DNA of 64,000 nt from contig NC_045696.1 in assembly GCF_009834535.1 (NCBI RefSeq), forward strand, positions 42,162,001 to 42,226,000, written 5' to 3'. This document shows, piece after piece, positions 13,543-26,389 of this stretch (within the stretch, counting starts at the first letter, position 1; every line of letters starts with the position of its first letter). The translations under genes were made by a program, and so were the position numbers. The DNA is from Camelus ferus (taxonomy: Eukaryota). The notes below the pieces were generated by a model. The model saw only the letters and a program-made list of their open reading frames with translations. It made no database searches and was not told the DNA's origin.

Positions 13543-14271
13543 GTAAGACAATATTCATTTCTTACTTCGGGGGGAAAGAGGGTATTGCATATGAAACTTG
13601 CCATTGCTACATTTGATTTTCCACTTGATAGCTCTTGGGCAAGCTCATTTGCTGCCTTTTAAAAACATAACTGTTATATAAAAGAAAGCATTGACAGTAA
13701 TAGGAAACAACTTCTGAAGAGGAAATGATGACAGGAAAGAGGAAGTTCATGGGCACCAAAAGAATGGTGTCAGCAGTTTCATGCGAGAGTAGTGTAATTA
13801 ATGTCTTAAGCTTCTGAACTCACGAAGAATCCAAGAGAGAAAATCCCTTATCTATTCTTCTTCCTCTTCCCCAACATGACAAAAAATAATTTGGGAGCGT
13901 TACTTAATAGTTTGTGGGTTAGTTTAGAGGTTAGGTTAGAGTCTCAGTTATCATTTACTGTAACTATGTTCGGAAAAAAATTTCTGAACAGTATTGCTGC
14001 CTCTGACACTGTTAGAATTTCTGGGTTAAATAAAGTCTGAACATTTCAGGGCAGTATACCTCTGATAGTCTAGCTTCAGACCACACTGTCGTGGGATAAA
14101 TTAGTAGAGCGCAAAGGCCAGATTATAAGGAGTTTGGAATGAGTAGGGAATGAGGGAGTAGAGGCTGTGAATATTAGAAAAAGTCTGATGGTAGGGAGGA
14201 GAGACACTGGATAGCATCTCAAGAAAGGAGGAAGTTTCCCCCAACCTGTTTTTTTTCGGTTGTGTTGGTAG

Positions 14272-14774
14272 TTTTGTTTTGAGAACCAAGAAACTACTGA
14301 AAGACTTAACTGGAAGTGAAGATGCAAGACAGGAGTCAGTTGAACAGAGGGCTCTTCAAGAGGTTGCTCATTGAGGAGATTTCTGTGCCTCTCCATCACC
14401 GAAACAAAACAAACCACCGAGACAGCAGAAGTCACTCAGTCTTCTGCATTACTGAATGGAACGCTTGATAGTAATACCTGAACATCTTGTTTGTAAAAAG
14501 AGAAATTAGAGGTGACATCACTCACCTTGTAAAGGGATTACAAAGGAATTGTTGGGTTGTTTCAAGTGCTAATTTCCTGAAATTTCTTTACAGGTCATTA
14601 AATGCTCAACAGTGTAAAAAACTAAAAGCTTCAGTATTCCAAGTCAATGCTGATAAAGAATTACCAGAAATTAAAACAAACTGAAACAATGCTTTCTAGT
14701 GTTATTCAAGGATATTATTGTTTAGGAATATTCACATTTCTGGGCTAACATCTTTTACTTTACCAAAAAGGAAG
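14272..14774 (+). pseudogene. Two candidate exons (14272-14511, 14594-14774) with in-frame stops
   Basis: Phase-2 junction AG|G joins FVLRTKKLLKDLTGSEDARQESVEQRALQEVAH*GDF... to RSLNAQQCKKLKASVFQVNADKELPEIKTN*; acceptor TTTCTTTACAG; putative damaged donor AAG|CTAAGT at 14775; further acceptor TTTTGTCTTGTAG at 14852. Confidence 0.4.
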
Positions 14775-16869
14775 CTAAGTTACCATTCTGTCCTGTTAAA
14801 TATTAAATACCTGGGTCCCTGAATGGGACTCTGAATTGTTTTTGTCTTGTAGGAGAGGCCCATCCAAAAAGTCATTTGAACCACCTGAGTGGACTGGAAT
14901 GTGGGCAAAGAATCGGCAAAGAGATTGACTTAACACTCTAGAAAGTTCTGAATGCTCATGACCTCGAGAAAAAGACTGACATATCTGTCGTCTACATTTT
15001 ACTGCAAAAAGTTCTTGATGAGATAAAAACAAAAATCTTTTAAGTTCTGGATTTTAGCAGTTTTTAGAATTTCAGAGGTGACACAGCGCCCACTTGGAGA
15101 CAGCGCTCCGTGACGTTAAGCGCCGTACACGCTGCTGGGAGCGCCTGAGGGGCGAGTGACAGTGTGGTGCTGAGACACCGGACAAGGGGAGGAAAGTTCT
15201 GGGATTCCTCAGAATGCAAGTACAAGGGGTTTTCAGGTATTTAGTTTGCAGAGCTACAGAGGGACCCAATCAAGTATTGATTTGACTTCTGATCAGCATT
15301 TGCTTTTGAGAAATTATTCAGGGTTGGAAAAAAAAAAACCCACTGGAAAGAAGTAGACGGAACAGTGCCCGGTTCTCACGCAGGGCCAGGAATGGTGTGT
15401 TCCCACTAGACAGACTGGAAAAATGCCATCATGGACAGGTGGGGTACCCAAAGACTGTTGCTCCTATGGTGAGAAATAATCAGCCCTAGAATAAACGCAG
15501 CTCTGGTCCTGCCTAACGAAGTTTAAAAGCCAGACCCAAAATAATCAAACTGTTCTTATGTAACTGAACTGCATTGCAGAGCAAAGCTCAGAAGTACTTT
15601 CAGAGTACCAAAATATTCAGCATTCAACAAGGTAAAATTCATAATACCTGGCATCCCATCAAAAATTACCAGGCGTGCAAAGAAGCAGGGAAATATGACT
15701 CATAATGAGGAGAAAATCAATCAGAACAAACCTATAACTGGCATGGGTGTTAGAATTAGCAGATGGGTATGAAACTACAGTTATAGTTATTATACCTATA
15801 TTCTATATGTTCAATAAAATAACATGTAAGACATAGAAAAGTCCCAGGCCCACTTCTAGAGATGAAAATTAATACGTCTAAGAAAGCAAATACAATGGAT
15901 AGAATTAATGGAAGGTTAGACATTGCAGAAAAAATAATAAACTCGAAGACATAACAATAGAAACAATTCAAAATAAAACACAAGAAAAAAGAAATCAAAA
16001 ATGAGCAGAGCATCAGTGAGCCTTGCAACAGCTTAAAGCAGCTTACTGTAGTTGTAGCACAAGTTCCTGAAAAAGGAAAATACAGAAAAGTATTTGAAGA
16101 AATAGTGGTTGAGAGTTTTCCAAATTTAGTGAAAATTATAAGCCTACAGATGCAAGAAGTACATTGAAACCCCAAACACAAGCAGCTTGAAGAAAACTAT
16201 ACCAAGGCACATCACTGTCACATTGCTAAAAAGTAAAATGGTAGGGAAAATCTTTTAAGTGGTGAAAGATGACACATTATGTGTAGAGAAACAAAGATAA
16301 TGATGGTAACAGACTTTTCATTAGAAACCATGCAGTTGAGAATACGCCACATCTTGCAAGGGTACCCAAGTGAAAAACTGACGCTGAGAATTGTATACCC
16401 CATAAAAATATCTTAGAGAAACAGAGGTGAAATAAGAATTTTTAGACATAAACAAAAGCCTCAAGAAGTCATCATTAGCAGAGCTGCACTACAAAGAAAT
16501 GTTAAAAGAACTTGTTCAATCAGAAGGAAAAAGGTAGCAGATGGAAATACGGAGCTGCACAAAGAAATGAAGAGCACTGGACGTGCTAACTACATGGGTA
16601 CATACGATATTTTTCTTACTTAAATATTTCAAAAGAAAACTAAGTTAAAAAGATAACAACGGAGTTGTGTGTAGTTTCTAACATATTGTGGTAGAGAGAA
16701 TTTTAAAAATGATGCCCCAAGATCCCATGCTCTAATATTTGGCGTCACTGAATATGATGATACCGTTTTGTTGTGTTACGTTCTAATGTTCTGCCATGTT
16801 ATGTTTTACAATACAGTTGACCTTGAGATAGGGAGATTATACAGGTGGACCTGACTAATCATACAATTA

Positions 16870-18290
16870 CTTTTTTTTCCAATTTGTTTTTATTGTGATA
16901 AAATACACATAACAGAAAATTTACCATCTTGATCATTTTTAAGTGTCGAGTTCAGTGATAGCAAATACATTCATAGTATTGGGAAACCATCACCACCATC
17001 CATCTTCAGATGCTTTTCATCTTGTAAAATTGAAACTCTGTCCCTTAAATGCCAGCTCCCCACCCCGACTCCTCTCAGCACCACCCTACCTTCTGTCTCT
17101 ATGAACCTGACTACTCTCGGTACCTCATATATAGGAAATGATACAATGTTTGTTCTTGTGTGACTGCCTTTTTTCACTTAGCATAAAATCTTCAAGTTTC
17201 ATCGGTGTTGTAGCCTGTGTCAGAATTTCCTTCCTTTTTAAGGCTGAATACTTTTCCAGGCCACATTTTGCTCGTCCATTCATCAGTGCATGGATGCCTT
17301 CTGTTGCTTTCATGATTCAGCTATTGTGAATAATGCAGCTGTGGATGTGACTGTACAAATATCTCTTCAAGACTCTGCTTTCAATTCTTTTGAGTAAATA
17401 CTCAAATGGAATTGCTGGGTCATATGGTAATTCTGTCTTTAATTTTTTGAGGAACCACCATGCTGTTGCCACAGTAGCTGTTATCATTTTATTCCCACCA
17501 GCAGTGTACAAGTGTTCCTATTTCTCCATATCCTCACCAAAACTTGTTGCTTTCTGGTTTTTTTTTTTTTTTGAAAGTAGCCATCTTCATGTGTGTGTGG
17601 TGGTATCTTGTTATACTTTTAATTTTCATTTCTCTGATGATTAGTGATGTTGAACATGTTTTCATGTGCTTATTGGCCATTTGTATATCTTCTTTGGAAA
17701 AATGTTAAGTTCTTGCTTTTTAAAAAAAATTTTAATGGAGGTACTGGGGATTGAACTGAGGACCTCATGCATGCTAAGCGTGTGGTCTACCACTGAGCTG
17801 CACCCAGCCCTCCCTCGCTTATTTTTGAATCAGGTTGAGTTTTTTATTGTTGCTGTTACTGAGTTTTAGGAGTACTTGATTTATTCTGGATATTAATCTG
17901 TTATCGGATGTATGATTTGCAAGTATTTTCTCCCATTCTGGGGTTGCCTTTTTACTCTGATGATTGTGCCTGATGCACAAAAAATGTTTAGATGAAGTCC
18001 AATTTGTCTATATATATATTTTTTCTTTTGTTTTTTGTTGCTTTAGTGTCATGGTCAAGAAATCATTGCCAAATCCCATCTTGGGAGGTTTGTACCTTAT
18101 GTTTTCGTCTAAGAGTTTTACTGTTTAGGTCTCACATTGAGATCTTTGATCCATTTTGAGTTAATTTTTGTATATTTTTATATGTGAGGCCAGGTCAACT
18201 TCACTCTTCTGCACTTGGATATCCAGTTCCCAGCACCATTTGTTAAAAAGACAGTCCTTTCCCTCTTGAGTGGTCTTGACATACTTGTCA
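16870..18290 (-). mobile_element. L1MB-type 3' fragment
   Basis: AAATTTACCATCTTGATCATTTTTAAGTG; peptide [18 protein letters not shown] on the minus strand. Confidence 0.85.
17720..17815 (-). mobile_element. tRNA-derived SINE (camelid vic-1-like)
   Basis: Reverse complement GGGAGGGCTGGGTGCAGCTCAGTGGTAGACCACACGCTTAGCATGCATGAGGTCCTCAGTTCAATCCCCAGTACCTCCA with A-box/B-box and A-rich tail. Confidence 0.85.
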
Positions 18291-21188
18291 CCTAACTACG
18301 TATGACTGTGGTGGTGGTTACAGGATGGTGTGAGTTTGTCAGCTGCACACAATGATGAGGTTCCCTGTATGTAAGGGTTTGATTCCACTTTCTCCGCTTA
18401 CCTGCTGTGAAATCATATGAGTTCTTTTAAAAGCAGGGTGTAGCTGAGAGGAAGGCAGAGGGACTGAAAGCACAAGGAAGATTTGATATATTGGTGCTGG
18501 CTTTGTAGATGAAGGGGTTCATGTGCAAAGATTGGAGAGTGGCCACGAGGAGCTGAGAATGACCCCTTGTCTACCATCAAGAAGGAAATGGGGACCTCAG
18601 CACTAAAACCATGAAGAATTAAATATTGTCAGTAACAGAAATAAGGTTGGGAGATGACCCCATGCTCCAGGTAAGAACACAGTGGGCTGATATCTTGATT
18701 TCAGCCTGTGAGACCCAGAGCAAAAAACCTAGCCAGGTCATCTCAGATTTCTTATAGAACTGTGAGATTATAAATGGGTGTCCTGTTAAGCCTCTACATT
18801 GACAGTAATTTGTTATGCAGAAAACTAGAAAACTAATATACTTATATAGAAGTAAAATGTGTGACAAACATGCCACCAAAGCTGGAATGGGCAGATGAAA
18901 GTATACTGTTGAAATAGAAGTATTAGTTAATATTGTCAACAAAGGAGATAAAAAGCAACTATAAAAATGTTTAATTAATTTAAAAAAGACAGAAAATGAA
19001 AAAAGGAGTAAAGATTATATGGGACAGATAGAAAAAAGGCAGCAAGATGATAAGCTTCAATCTAACTGTATCAGTAGTCACATTAATTGTAAATGGACTA
19101 AGCACCCCAATTAAAAGGTAGAAGTTGTCGCACTGGATGAACAGGAAGACCTAACTATATGCTGGCTATAAGAAATGCACATTAAATACAAAGGCACAAA
19201 AAAATTAAAAAAATACAAGGTTGGAAAATGATGTGTTAACATTATTTAAAAGAAAAGTGGAGTGCCTATATTAATAACAGATAAAGTAGATTTCAGAGCA
19301 AAGACTATTACCTGGAATAAAGAAGGTCATTACATAATAATAAAGGTGTCAATTTATCAGGAAGAAATAACATTCCTAAAGGTTCATGCTCTCAATAATA
19401 GAGCAGAGAGCTTTGCTTCAAAAGACATGAAACAAAAACAGATAGAACTGCAAGGAGAAATAGTCAGATATTTCATTATAATTCTCTCAATAGTTGGTAA
19501 AGCAAGTAGACAGAGAACTAGTTAAGACCTGTGACTTGAACAAGACATTTAAGCAGCCTGACCTAATTGGCATTTATAGAACACTCAAGACGAGCAGCTT
19601 ATTTTCAAGTGCAGACATTTATTTTCAAATGCATATAGAATGTTTACAAAGATTACATTCCAGGCTATTAAAGTCTGAATATCTTTAAAAAAATAGAAGT
19701 CATACAAAATATGTTCTCTGGCCACAGTAGAATTACCTTAGAAATCAGTAACAGAAGGATCTCTGGAAAATCACCAAATATTTAGAAACCAAACAACACA
19801 TTTCTAAATTACTCATGGGCCAAAGAAGAAATCAAAAGGAAAATAGACAAATCCCCAATTATAATCAGAAATTACTGTGAACTGAATGAAAATGAAATCA
19901 CAACATATGAAAATCTTTGGATGCTGCTAAAATAGTAGTTATAAGAAAATTTACAGCACAAACCAAAGGGGGAAAAAGACATTCAGTTTGGAAAGAAGAA
20001 ATAAAACTAACTTTATTTGCAGACAACATACTATTCCATGTAGAGAATTCAATGTCTAAAAAAACTTCTAGATCTAATGAATGAGTTATCAAGGTTGCAA
20101 GCTACAACATCTATACACAAAAATCAATTGTATTTGTATATACTAGTAACGAACAATCAGAAACTGAAAAAAAAGCCATTTAAAGTAACATCAAAAGTAT
20201 GAAAATACTTAGAATTGTATTTGATAAAATGTAAGACCTGTATACTAAAATCTACAAAACATCATTGAGAAGAACTCAATAACGGAGAGATACACAGCAT
20301 TCATAGGTCAGGAGAGTCAGTGTTGCCATGATGTCAATTCTCCTCAAAATGATCTAGAATTTCAGTATAATCCCAATCAAAATTCCCACATGTTTTTACA
20401 TATGAATTGCAAGATAATTATAAAATTCAAATGAAAAAGACAAAAGACCTAAAATAACCAACACAACAGAAAAAGATCAAAGTTGGAGGCCAAATATTAT
20501 CTGATTTCAAGAAAGTCTTAGAAATTATGGTAATCTAGACGGTGTGCTAACGATATAAAGATAGACAAATAGATGAATGTAATAGAACAGAGGGTGCAAA
20601 AATAGATCCACACACATATGTGGACAACTGAGGGCACAAGGCAATTCACTGGAGAGAGGTGGGGCTTTTCAACCAGTAGTGCTAGGACAATTGGATATTT
20701 TTATGCAAAACTAAGAGCTTAAATTCATATTTTGTATCATATACAAAGCTTGATTCAAAATGGACCATAGACCTAAATATAAGAACTAAAACTATAAAAT
20801 GTCTATGAGAAAACTTAAGAGAAAATATTTTGAAACTTAGATTAGGCAAAGGTTTTATAGATATGGCACCAAAAGCCCAATTTATAAAAGAAAAAGTTCC
20901 TAAATTGAACCCAATCAAAACGAAAAACTTCTGCTTTTTGAAAGACAGTGTTAAGAGAGCAGACAAGCCACAGATTGGCATCAAATATTTGCAAGTCCTA
21001 TTTGATAACAGATTTGTATTCAAGTATATAAACTCTCAAAATCCAACAGTAAAAAAACACAAAACCTGACAAAAAGGAAAAAGATTTGAATGGACATTTC
21101 ACCTAAGAAGATTTATAAATGGCAAATAGGTAATAAGTGCATGAAAAGATGTTCTGCATCATTTGTTATTCAAGAAGTGCAAATTAAA

Positions 21189-22361
21189 TCTCAAAAATGT
21201 TCTCCTAGAACAGTCTACTCAAGCAATAGAAATAAAAGCAAGAATAAACAAATGGGACCTAATGAAACTTACAAGCTTCTGCACAGCAAAGGAAACCATA
21301 AGTAAAACAAAATGACAACCTACGGAATGGGAGAAAATTTTTGCAAATGAAACCAACAAAAGCTTGATCTCCAGAATATATAAGCAGCTCATACGACTTA
21401 ATAAGAAAAAAACAAACAACCCAATCCAAAAATGGGCAGAACAGCTAAACAAGCAATTCTCCAAGGAAGACATACAAATGATCAATAGGCACATGAAAAA
21501 ATGCTCAATATCACTAATTATCAGAGAAATGCAAATCAAAACTACGATGAGGTATCGCCTCACACCAGTCAGAATGGCCATCATTCAAAAGTCCACAAAT
21601 GACAAATGCTGGAGAGGCTGTGGAGAAAGGGGAACCCTCCTACACTGCTGGTGGGAATGCAGTTTGGTGCAGCCACTGTGGAAAACAGTATGGAGATTCC
21701 TCAAAAGACTAGGAATAGACTTACCGTATGACCCAGGAATCCTGCTCCTGGGCGTATATCCAGAAGGAATCCTACTTCAAAAAGACACCTGCACCCCAGT
21801 GTTCATAGCAGCACTATTTACAATAGCCAAGACATGGAAACAGCCTAAATGTCCATCAACAGATGACTGGATAAAGAAGAAGTGATATATTTATACAATG
21901 GAATACTACTCAGCCATAAAAACCAACAACATAATGCCATTTGCAGCAAAATAGATGTTCCTGGAGAATGTCATTCTAAGTGCAGTAAGCCAGAAAGAGA
22001 AAGAAAAATACCATATGAGATCACTCATGTGTGGAATCTAAACAAACACACAAACAAACAAACAAACAAAGCATCAATACAAAACAGAAACAGAGTCATA
22101 GACATAGAATACAAACTTGTGGTTGCCAAGGGGGCGGGGAGTGGGAAGGGATTGACTGGGATTTCAAAATTGTAGAATAGATAAACAAGATTATACTGCA
22201 TAGCACAGGGAAATATATACAAGATCTTATGGTAGCTCACAGAGAAAAAAATGTGACAATGAATATATATATGTTCATGTATAACTGAAAAATTGTGCTC
22301 TACACTGGAATTTGACACAACATTGTAAAATTATTATAAATCAATAAAAAATGTTAAAAAA
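21189..22361 (+). mobile_element. Young 5'-truncated L1 (ORF2 C-terminus, 3' UTR, polyA)
   Basis: 173-aa open ORF2 C-terminal piece with the Cys-rich motif ([18 protein letters not shown]); AATAAA and polyA; 17-bp TSD AAGAAGTGC(A/C)AATTAAA at 21172-21188 and 22362-22378. Confidence 0.95.
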
Positions 22362-22480
22362 AAGAAGTGCCAATTAAAATGACAATCAGATTAGTTTAGA
22401 GGACAGACCGCTAGAGCAGTAATAGATTGTGAAATACCAAAGATCTTTTAAAATAAATGTCAAGGCTAATTTTCTCACAG

Positions 22481-22818
22481 AAGATACTGGGGAAGAAGAT
22501 GAGGAAAAGGTTTATGAAATAAAGCATTTAATACACTGAAAAATGATGTAATCAGCATGTGGCTTGATAGTGGTCTTTCTGTTACAGAGCAAGAGCTGTG
22601 AAATTCTTTCTTGTTCTTGGTTTACAAAGTTGCTGATTAAGTGGCAAGGGCTCTGCCGTACTTTTGAGGGGCATAGTAGCTGTTTAACTAATGTCTGTCA
22701 GACTGAACTGAATTAATTATCATCTCGTCTCTGTAATTAAGGAACTTGAAATTCATGGCCACATATGCTTCATAGGCTAATTAACCTCAACTCAATTTTG
22801 GAGATTCCTTACCTCAAG
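22481..22818 (+). pseudogene. Cluster of candidate exons (starts 22481, 22588; 22742-22818)
   Basis: CTAATTTTCTCACAG|AAGATACT (EDTGEEDEEK); CTTTCTGTTACAG|; 22742-22818 ends AAG|GTACTT in phase 2 and carries an internal TAA. Confidence 0.4.
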
Positions 22819-23129
22819 GTACTTAGTCTTCCCTGATGCAAAATACTGAGGTAATGATAGACAGGAAGCAGTGACTTATGAGGAGAACATGCCTGGGGAA
22901 CTCCAGAAAGCGTAGGGGGAAGGATCTAAGAGAGGTGAGGCTGGGTTGGGCTGGGGTTGGCTGGGTACTTCCATTTCCCGTGGTTTCCACATATCCTTTC
23001 CTGAGTGGAGTAGACTTCACTCAGTGATAGGTATTTGTGTGTTCTCCCTTCTTTCTTGTTCTTGCTGGGTTAGAAGCTTGTTGGGCCTGATGGTGTGATT
23101 TTGGAATGAAAACAAGTAACCCAAGTTTG

Positions 23130-23945
23130 AGATTTTCTTCATTAATATTCAGCAGCCTGATATGTGAGCAGAGGGAGTGGATGACAGTTTGCTCAGAGCT
23201 GGGACTTGCCAAAGTCAGCGTCATGGAAGTAGGAAGGCACGAGGGATTCTGGAGTACTAACAGGAACTGTATTAACGTTCACTGTCAGAGCCAAGGGTGG
23301 ATAAGAAGGCAAATAATGGAGGTGATGAGGTAGGGGAGGAACGAATAGGCTGAAAGCTGTGGATGAAGGTGAGTGAGCGAGCAGCAATTTCAGTAGATAT
23401 GGAAAAGGGGGAAGGATATGTTGTGGTCAAAGATGGGAAATTTAAGATCTGGTAAGGGAGCAATTCGGCAGAAGAACAGATCCAAAGGTAGGTGTGGGGG
23501 CTTCAGCGGAGGTGTACAGGTGGTGTAAGAGTGCCAAGGCTGGAGTGTGGAAAGGGCCATTCACATGGACGTTGAGATGAACAAGATGTGGCCATGAATC
23601 AGCTGAGAGAAGACTGCACGCCCAAGGCTAAACTGTCAAGAGAGAGAATGAAGGGCCCAGAGATCGGTGGAAAATAGTAAAGAGGGAACAGGGAGTCAAA
23701 AGGCTAGGCATTGCTGAGAGCTGGTGGTAGAGGGGTGGTATGGCAGTGGTTGGGAGGAGGTCAGAGTATGTTTCTTCCTAAACTAATGTAATTCTGAGAA
23801 GTGGTAGGAGTAGACACTGCTGGGGAGTTTTGACCTGCTGTTGGGCCCAGGTCAGGGTTTAGGAATGATCCAAGAGAAGGCTGAGGATGTAGGTGAGCTA
23901 GTTCACAATCAGTTGGATTCCACAGAGCACAAGGCTGAGTGTTGG
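23130..23945 (-). mobile_element. L2 internal fragment
   Basis: Purine/G-rich degenerate sequence typical of antisense L2 ORF. Confidence 0.5.
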
Positions 23946-24490
23946 CTCATGTATCTGGGTGTAAACTGGGTGTCATTGTACCCATATCTTCTCTAATTTC
24001 TATCTTTTTAGCACCTCCACTACATCACCATTAAATAGCTTTTTCATTTAATATTCTTCAAGTCTTTGAAGTCTCCCAAATTTTCACTACATTCTTGTGA
24101 GCTTGATGAATGGAAAGAAAGAACCTAACAGAATTAGCCAGACAGGTTAAATGAGTTGGCTAGAATAAAAGAGTTAATTGGTGTTGAGTGTGGGAAAGGA
24201 AAATATAGTAATAAGGGACGCTGGCAATTACAATAAGTAACTCAAAATAAATCTCAAGTTAGTGATGAGCACAGATGAGTCTAGAATTCAATAAACCGAA
24301 AAACAAGATTTTCTCAAGCACTTTATAGTGTCTGTCTGCTGTCTTTGATGTTCATGAGAAACCAGTGCCTTTAATTATAGCAATTGAAAGCCAGAAATAA
24401 CTAAGGGAAATGAATTTTCGAAAAGTTTCAAATTTTCTTAAGTTTTACCTTAGCTTTAACTTTAAGCACATGTATTATTCATCAGTATTT

Positions 24491-24650
24491 TTTAGATAAA
24501 CTTTTAAAAAATATTATTTATTTATTTTTATTTTTGAGGGGAGGGAGGTAATTAGGTTACTTATTTATTTTATTGGAGGTGGTACTAGGGATTGAACCCA
24601 GAACCTCGTGCATGCTAAGCATGCACTCTATCACTGAACTATACCCCCCC
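24491..24650 (-). mobile_element. tRNA-derived SINE (vic-1-like) with extended AT-rich tail
   Basis: GGGATTGAACCCAGAACCTCGTGCATGCTAAGCATGCACTCTATCACTGAACTATACCCC; near-TSD AT(C/T)AGTATTT at 24481 and 24651. Confidence 0.9.
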
Positions 24651-24701
24651 ATTAGTATTTGAATTACAGATTATTTATATTTGTCCTTTATTTTATGCCA
24701 G

Positions 24702-24787
24702 GATACTTTTGAGTATGGGGTTTGTAAAAAATGTTTTCAGCAATGCTATGCAGCCTAGGAATAAGAATGGAGAAGAATTTAACAAGG
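24702..24787 (+). pseudogene. Candidate exon, open frame ILLSMGFVKNVFSNAMQPRNKNGEEFNK
   Basis: TTTATTTTATGCCAG| ... G|GTTAGG; phase 2 to 1, joins the next exon in frame. Confidence 0.5.
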
Positions 24788-24897
24788 GTTAGGAATTAGT
24801 AAAGGTATTATCCTTTTCTATTTAAAAGAAGTTTAGAATTCTGATTTTGAATGAATTATAAAATATGAGCATTTTTAACTGTGTGCATTTATATTAG

Positions 24898-24990
24898 GTT
24901 ATAAAGTCTGTGTCACCACATACAATGTCTTGAAATGTGGAACTACTAAAGAACAGGTGGTACATGAAGCACAAAGCGTGGCGTTCACAG
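24898..24990 (+). pseudogene. Candidate 93-nt exon (G)YKVCVTTYNVLKCGTTKEQVVHEAQSVAFT
   Basis: TTTAAC branch-like site, TATTAG| acceptor, CAG|GTGAGG donor; only the phase-1 frame is open. Confidence 0.6.
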
Positions 24991-25143
24991 GTGAGGTGCA
25001 TGTGATTTGGCATAGGCGCCGGGAAAAGATCAAGTTATTTATAGCTTAGCTTTCCTAATAAAAGAGTAAACCATGGAGACTCGCCTTCCATATATGAAAT
25101 AAAAATCAAGATGTTCAATGCATTTCATATGTTTTTTAAACAG

Positions 25144-25198
25144 GGCTGTCAAATGGGATCTGCATGACTCTGTCAAGAAAAGACACATTTATTAATTG
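25144..25198 (+). pseudogene. Candidate 55-nt exon (G)LSNGICMTLSRKDTFIN
   Basis: TTTTTTAAACAG| ... TTG|GTAAGT; in phase with the upstream exon. Confidence 0.6.
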
Positions 25199-26111
25199 GT
25201 AAGTCACTGATCAGTCATCAAGTGTTTCTTGTTGGATTATTGTATGATAAACATTGAGCTAGGAAAAGATCTATTCCCATTCCTGGAGGGACTTACACTC
25301 TTAAGAGGGACAAAGCACACAGACACACATGAATCAAAAACTAAGGAAAGGGACTCATTAGAGACCCCTAAAATACTGATTTCTTTTTTGATTGGGTTCC
25401 AAAAAGTTGGAGCAAATGAGTCTGTCAGAGATTCCTGTTATATTTTGATTGTCTGTGCAAGAGGCCTAGCTTTACTGAATTTATTTTCCCATATTATTAT
25501 TATTGTTGTTGTTAACTTTAAAGTTGACCATTTTAAGCTTCATTTATACATGACAGTTGGCAAGATGAGGAATCATGAAGTCATAGATTCTCTGATCCTC
25601 AGTGTCCTCTGGAGTCCACATAGTTCTGAATGTGAAGGCACTGAGTCTCAGAGAGGTCACATGACTGGCCTCAAACTTCACAGTCTGCTAGTTAGTTGCA
25701 GGGATCCAGTGCAAGCACCTCAAATGTTGGGTCCTGGACTGTATCAAGTGCAGAGATGTGGAGAGTTGTGTTTCTGTGACTGTAGATGAGAAGGGGAGAA
25801 AGGAAATTAAAAGTCTATCCTTCAGTTAACTAGAGGAGGGAAACTAGAAACTGATGAGAAGAATCACCATTAGAAAGATACTAAGAGGGCTGGAAGCCCC
25901 AGATCCTTGATTTGGTTACAATTTCAGTGAAGGGACTTAAATTAATGAAAGTAGAGAGAGTTATCAAGATTTGGTATTGAAATAAGCACCATCAGTTAGA
26001 TATTAATGAACATGCTATCAAAGTGTTGTACTTTGGCATTTATTTTGTTTTTAGATTGTTAGCTTTGAAATGTGTGTTCTGTATATTAATCACTTATGTA
26101 TTTAAAAATAG

Positions 26112-26183
26112 AGCTCCATCTTATTGAACCAGATAAGAAAAGCAAACTTACTTCCATCTCAGATAAATTATACCTGAAGCAGG
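26112..26183 (+). pseudogene. Candidate 72-nt exon (E)LHLIEPDKKSKLTSISDKLYLKQ
   Basis: AAATAG| ... AGG|GTGAGT; symmetric phase 1, open frame. Confidence 0.5.
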
Positions 26184-26389
26184 GTGAGTGAACAGAAAAC
26201 CAAGAGACCTGACAGGGAGACTGTGGGCAAAAACTTTCTCTAGTTTGGTGAAGTGAAAAAAGGAGACAAGATGATTTCTGCTACTCAGGCCATAAAGACA
26301 TCAACATCATCTCATAGCTTCTCAGTTTAATTGAAGGCACAGTTCATTAAGCACCAAATAACCTCTTGAGTAATAGTAGAAATATTAAA

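Larger units (their letters stand above)
16687..18838 (+). mobile_element. MLT1E-like LTR split into 16687-16865 and ~18420-18838 by an L1 insertion
   Basis: TGTGGTAG start, GGGAGATTAT motif, end GTAATTTGTTATGCAG..TAGAAAACTAATATA. Confidence 0.75.
15350..21188 (+). mobile_element. Old L1 (5' UTR, ORF1, deleted ORF2), interrupted by MLT1, L1MB and SINE; resumes briefly at ~22379
   Basis: A-rich L1 sense sequence; endonuclease remnant 'ILITDKVDFRAKTIT..KEGHYIIIKVSIYQEEIT' (19262-19525); RT 'LFADN' at ~20015. Confidence 0.85.

Noticed and set aside
21364..21885. 173-aa ORF as a host gene
   Set aside because: It is the L1 ORF2 C-terminus within a TSD-flanked truncated L1
24570..24650. tRNA gene (also 17735-17815 and 47520-47597)
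   Set aside because: tRNA-like heads with A-rich tails, TSD-like flanks and divergent stems; these are SINE copies
25229..25789. Longest non-L1 ORF (186 aa)
   Set aside because: Starts at TTG, overlaps L2/MIR-like fragments, has no splice or domain support; most likely a chance ORF in an intron
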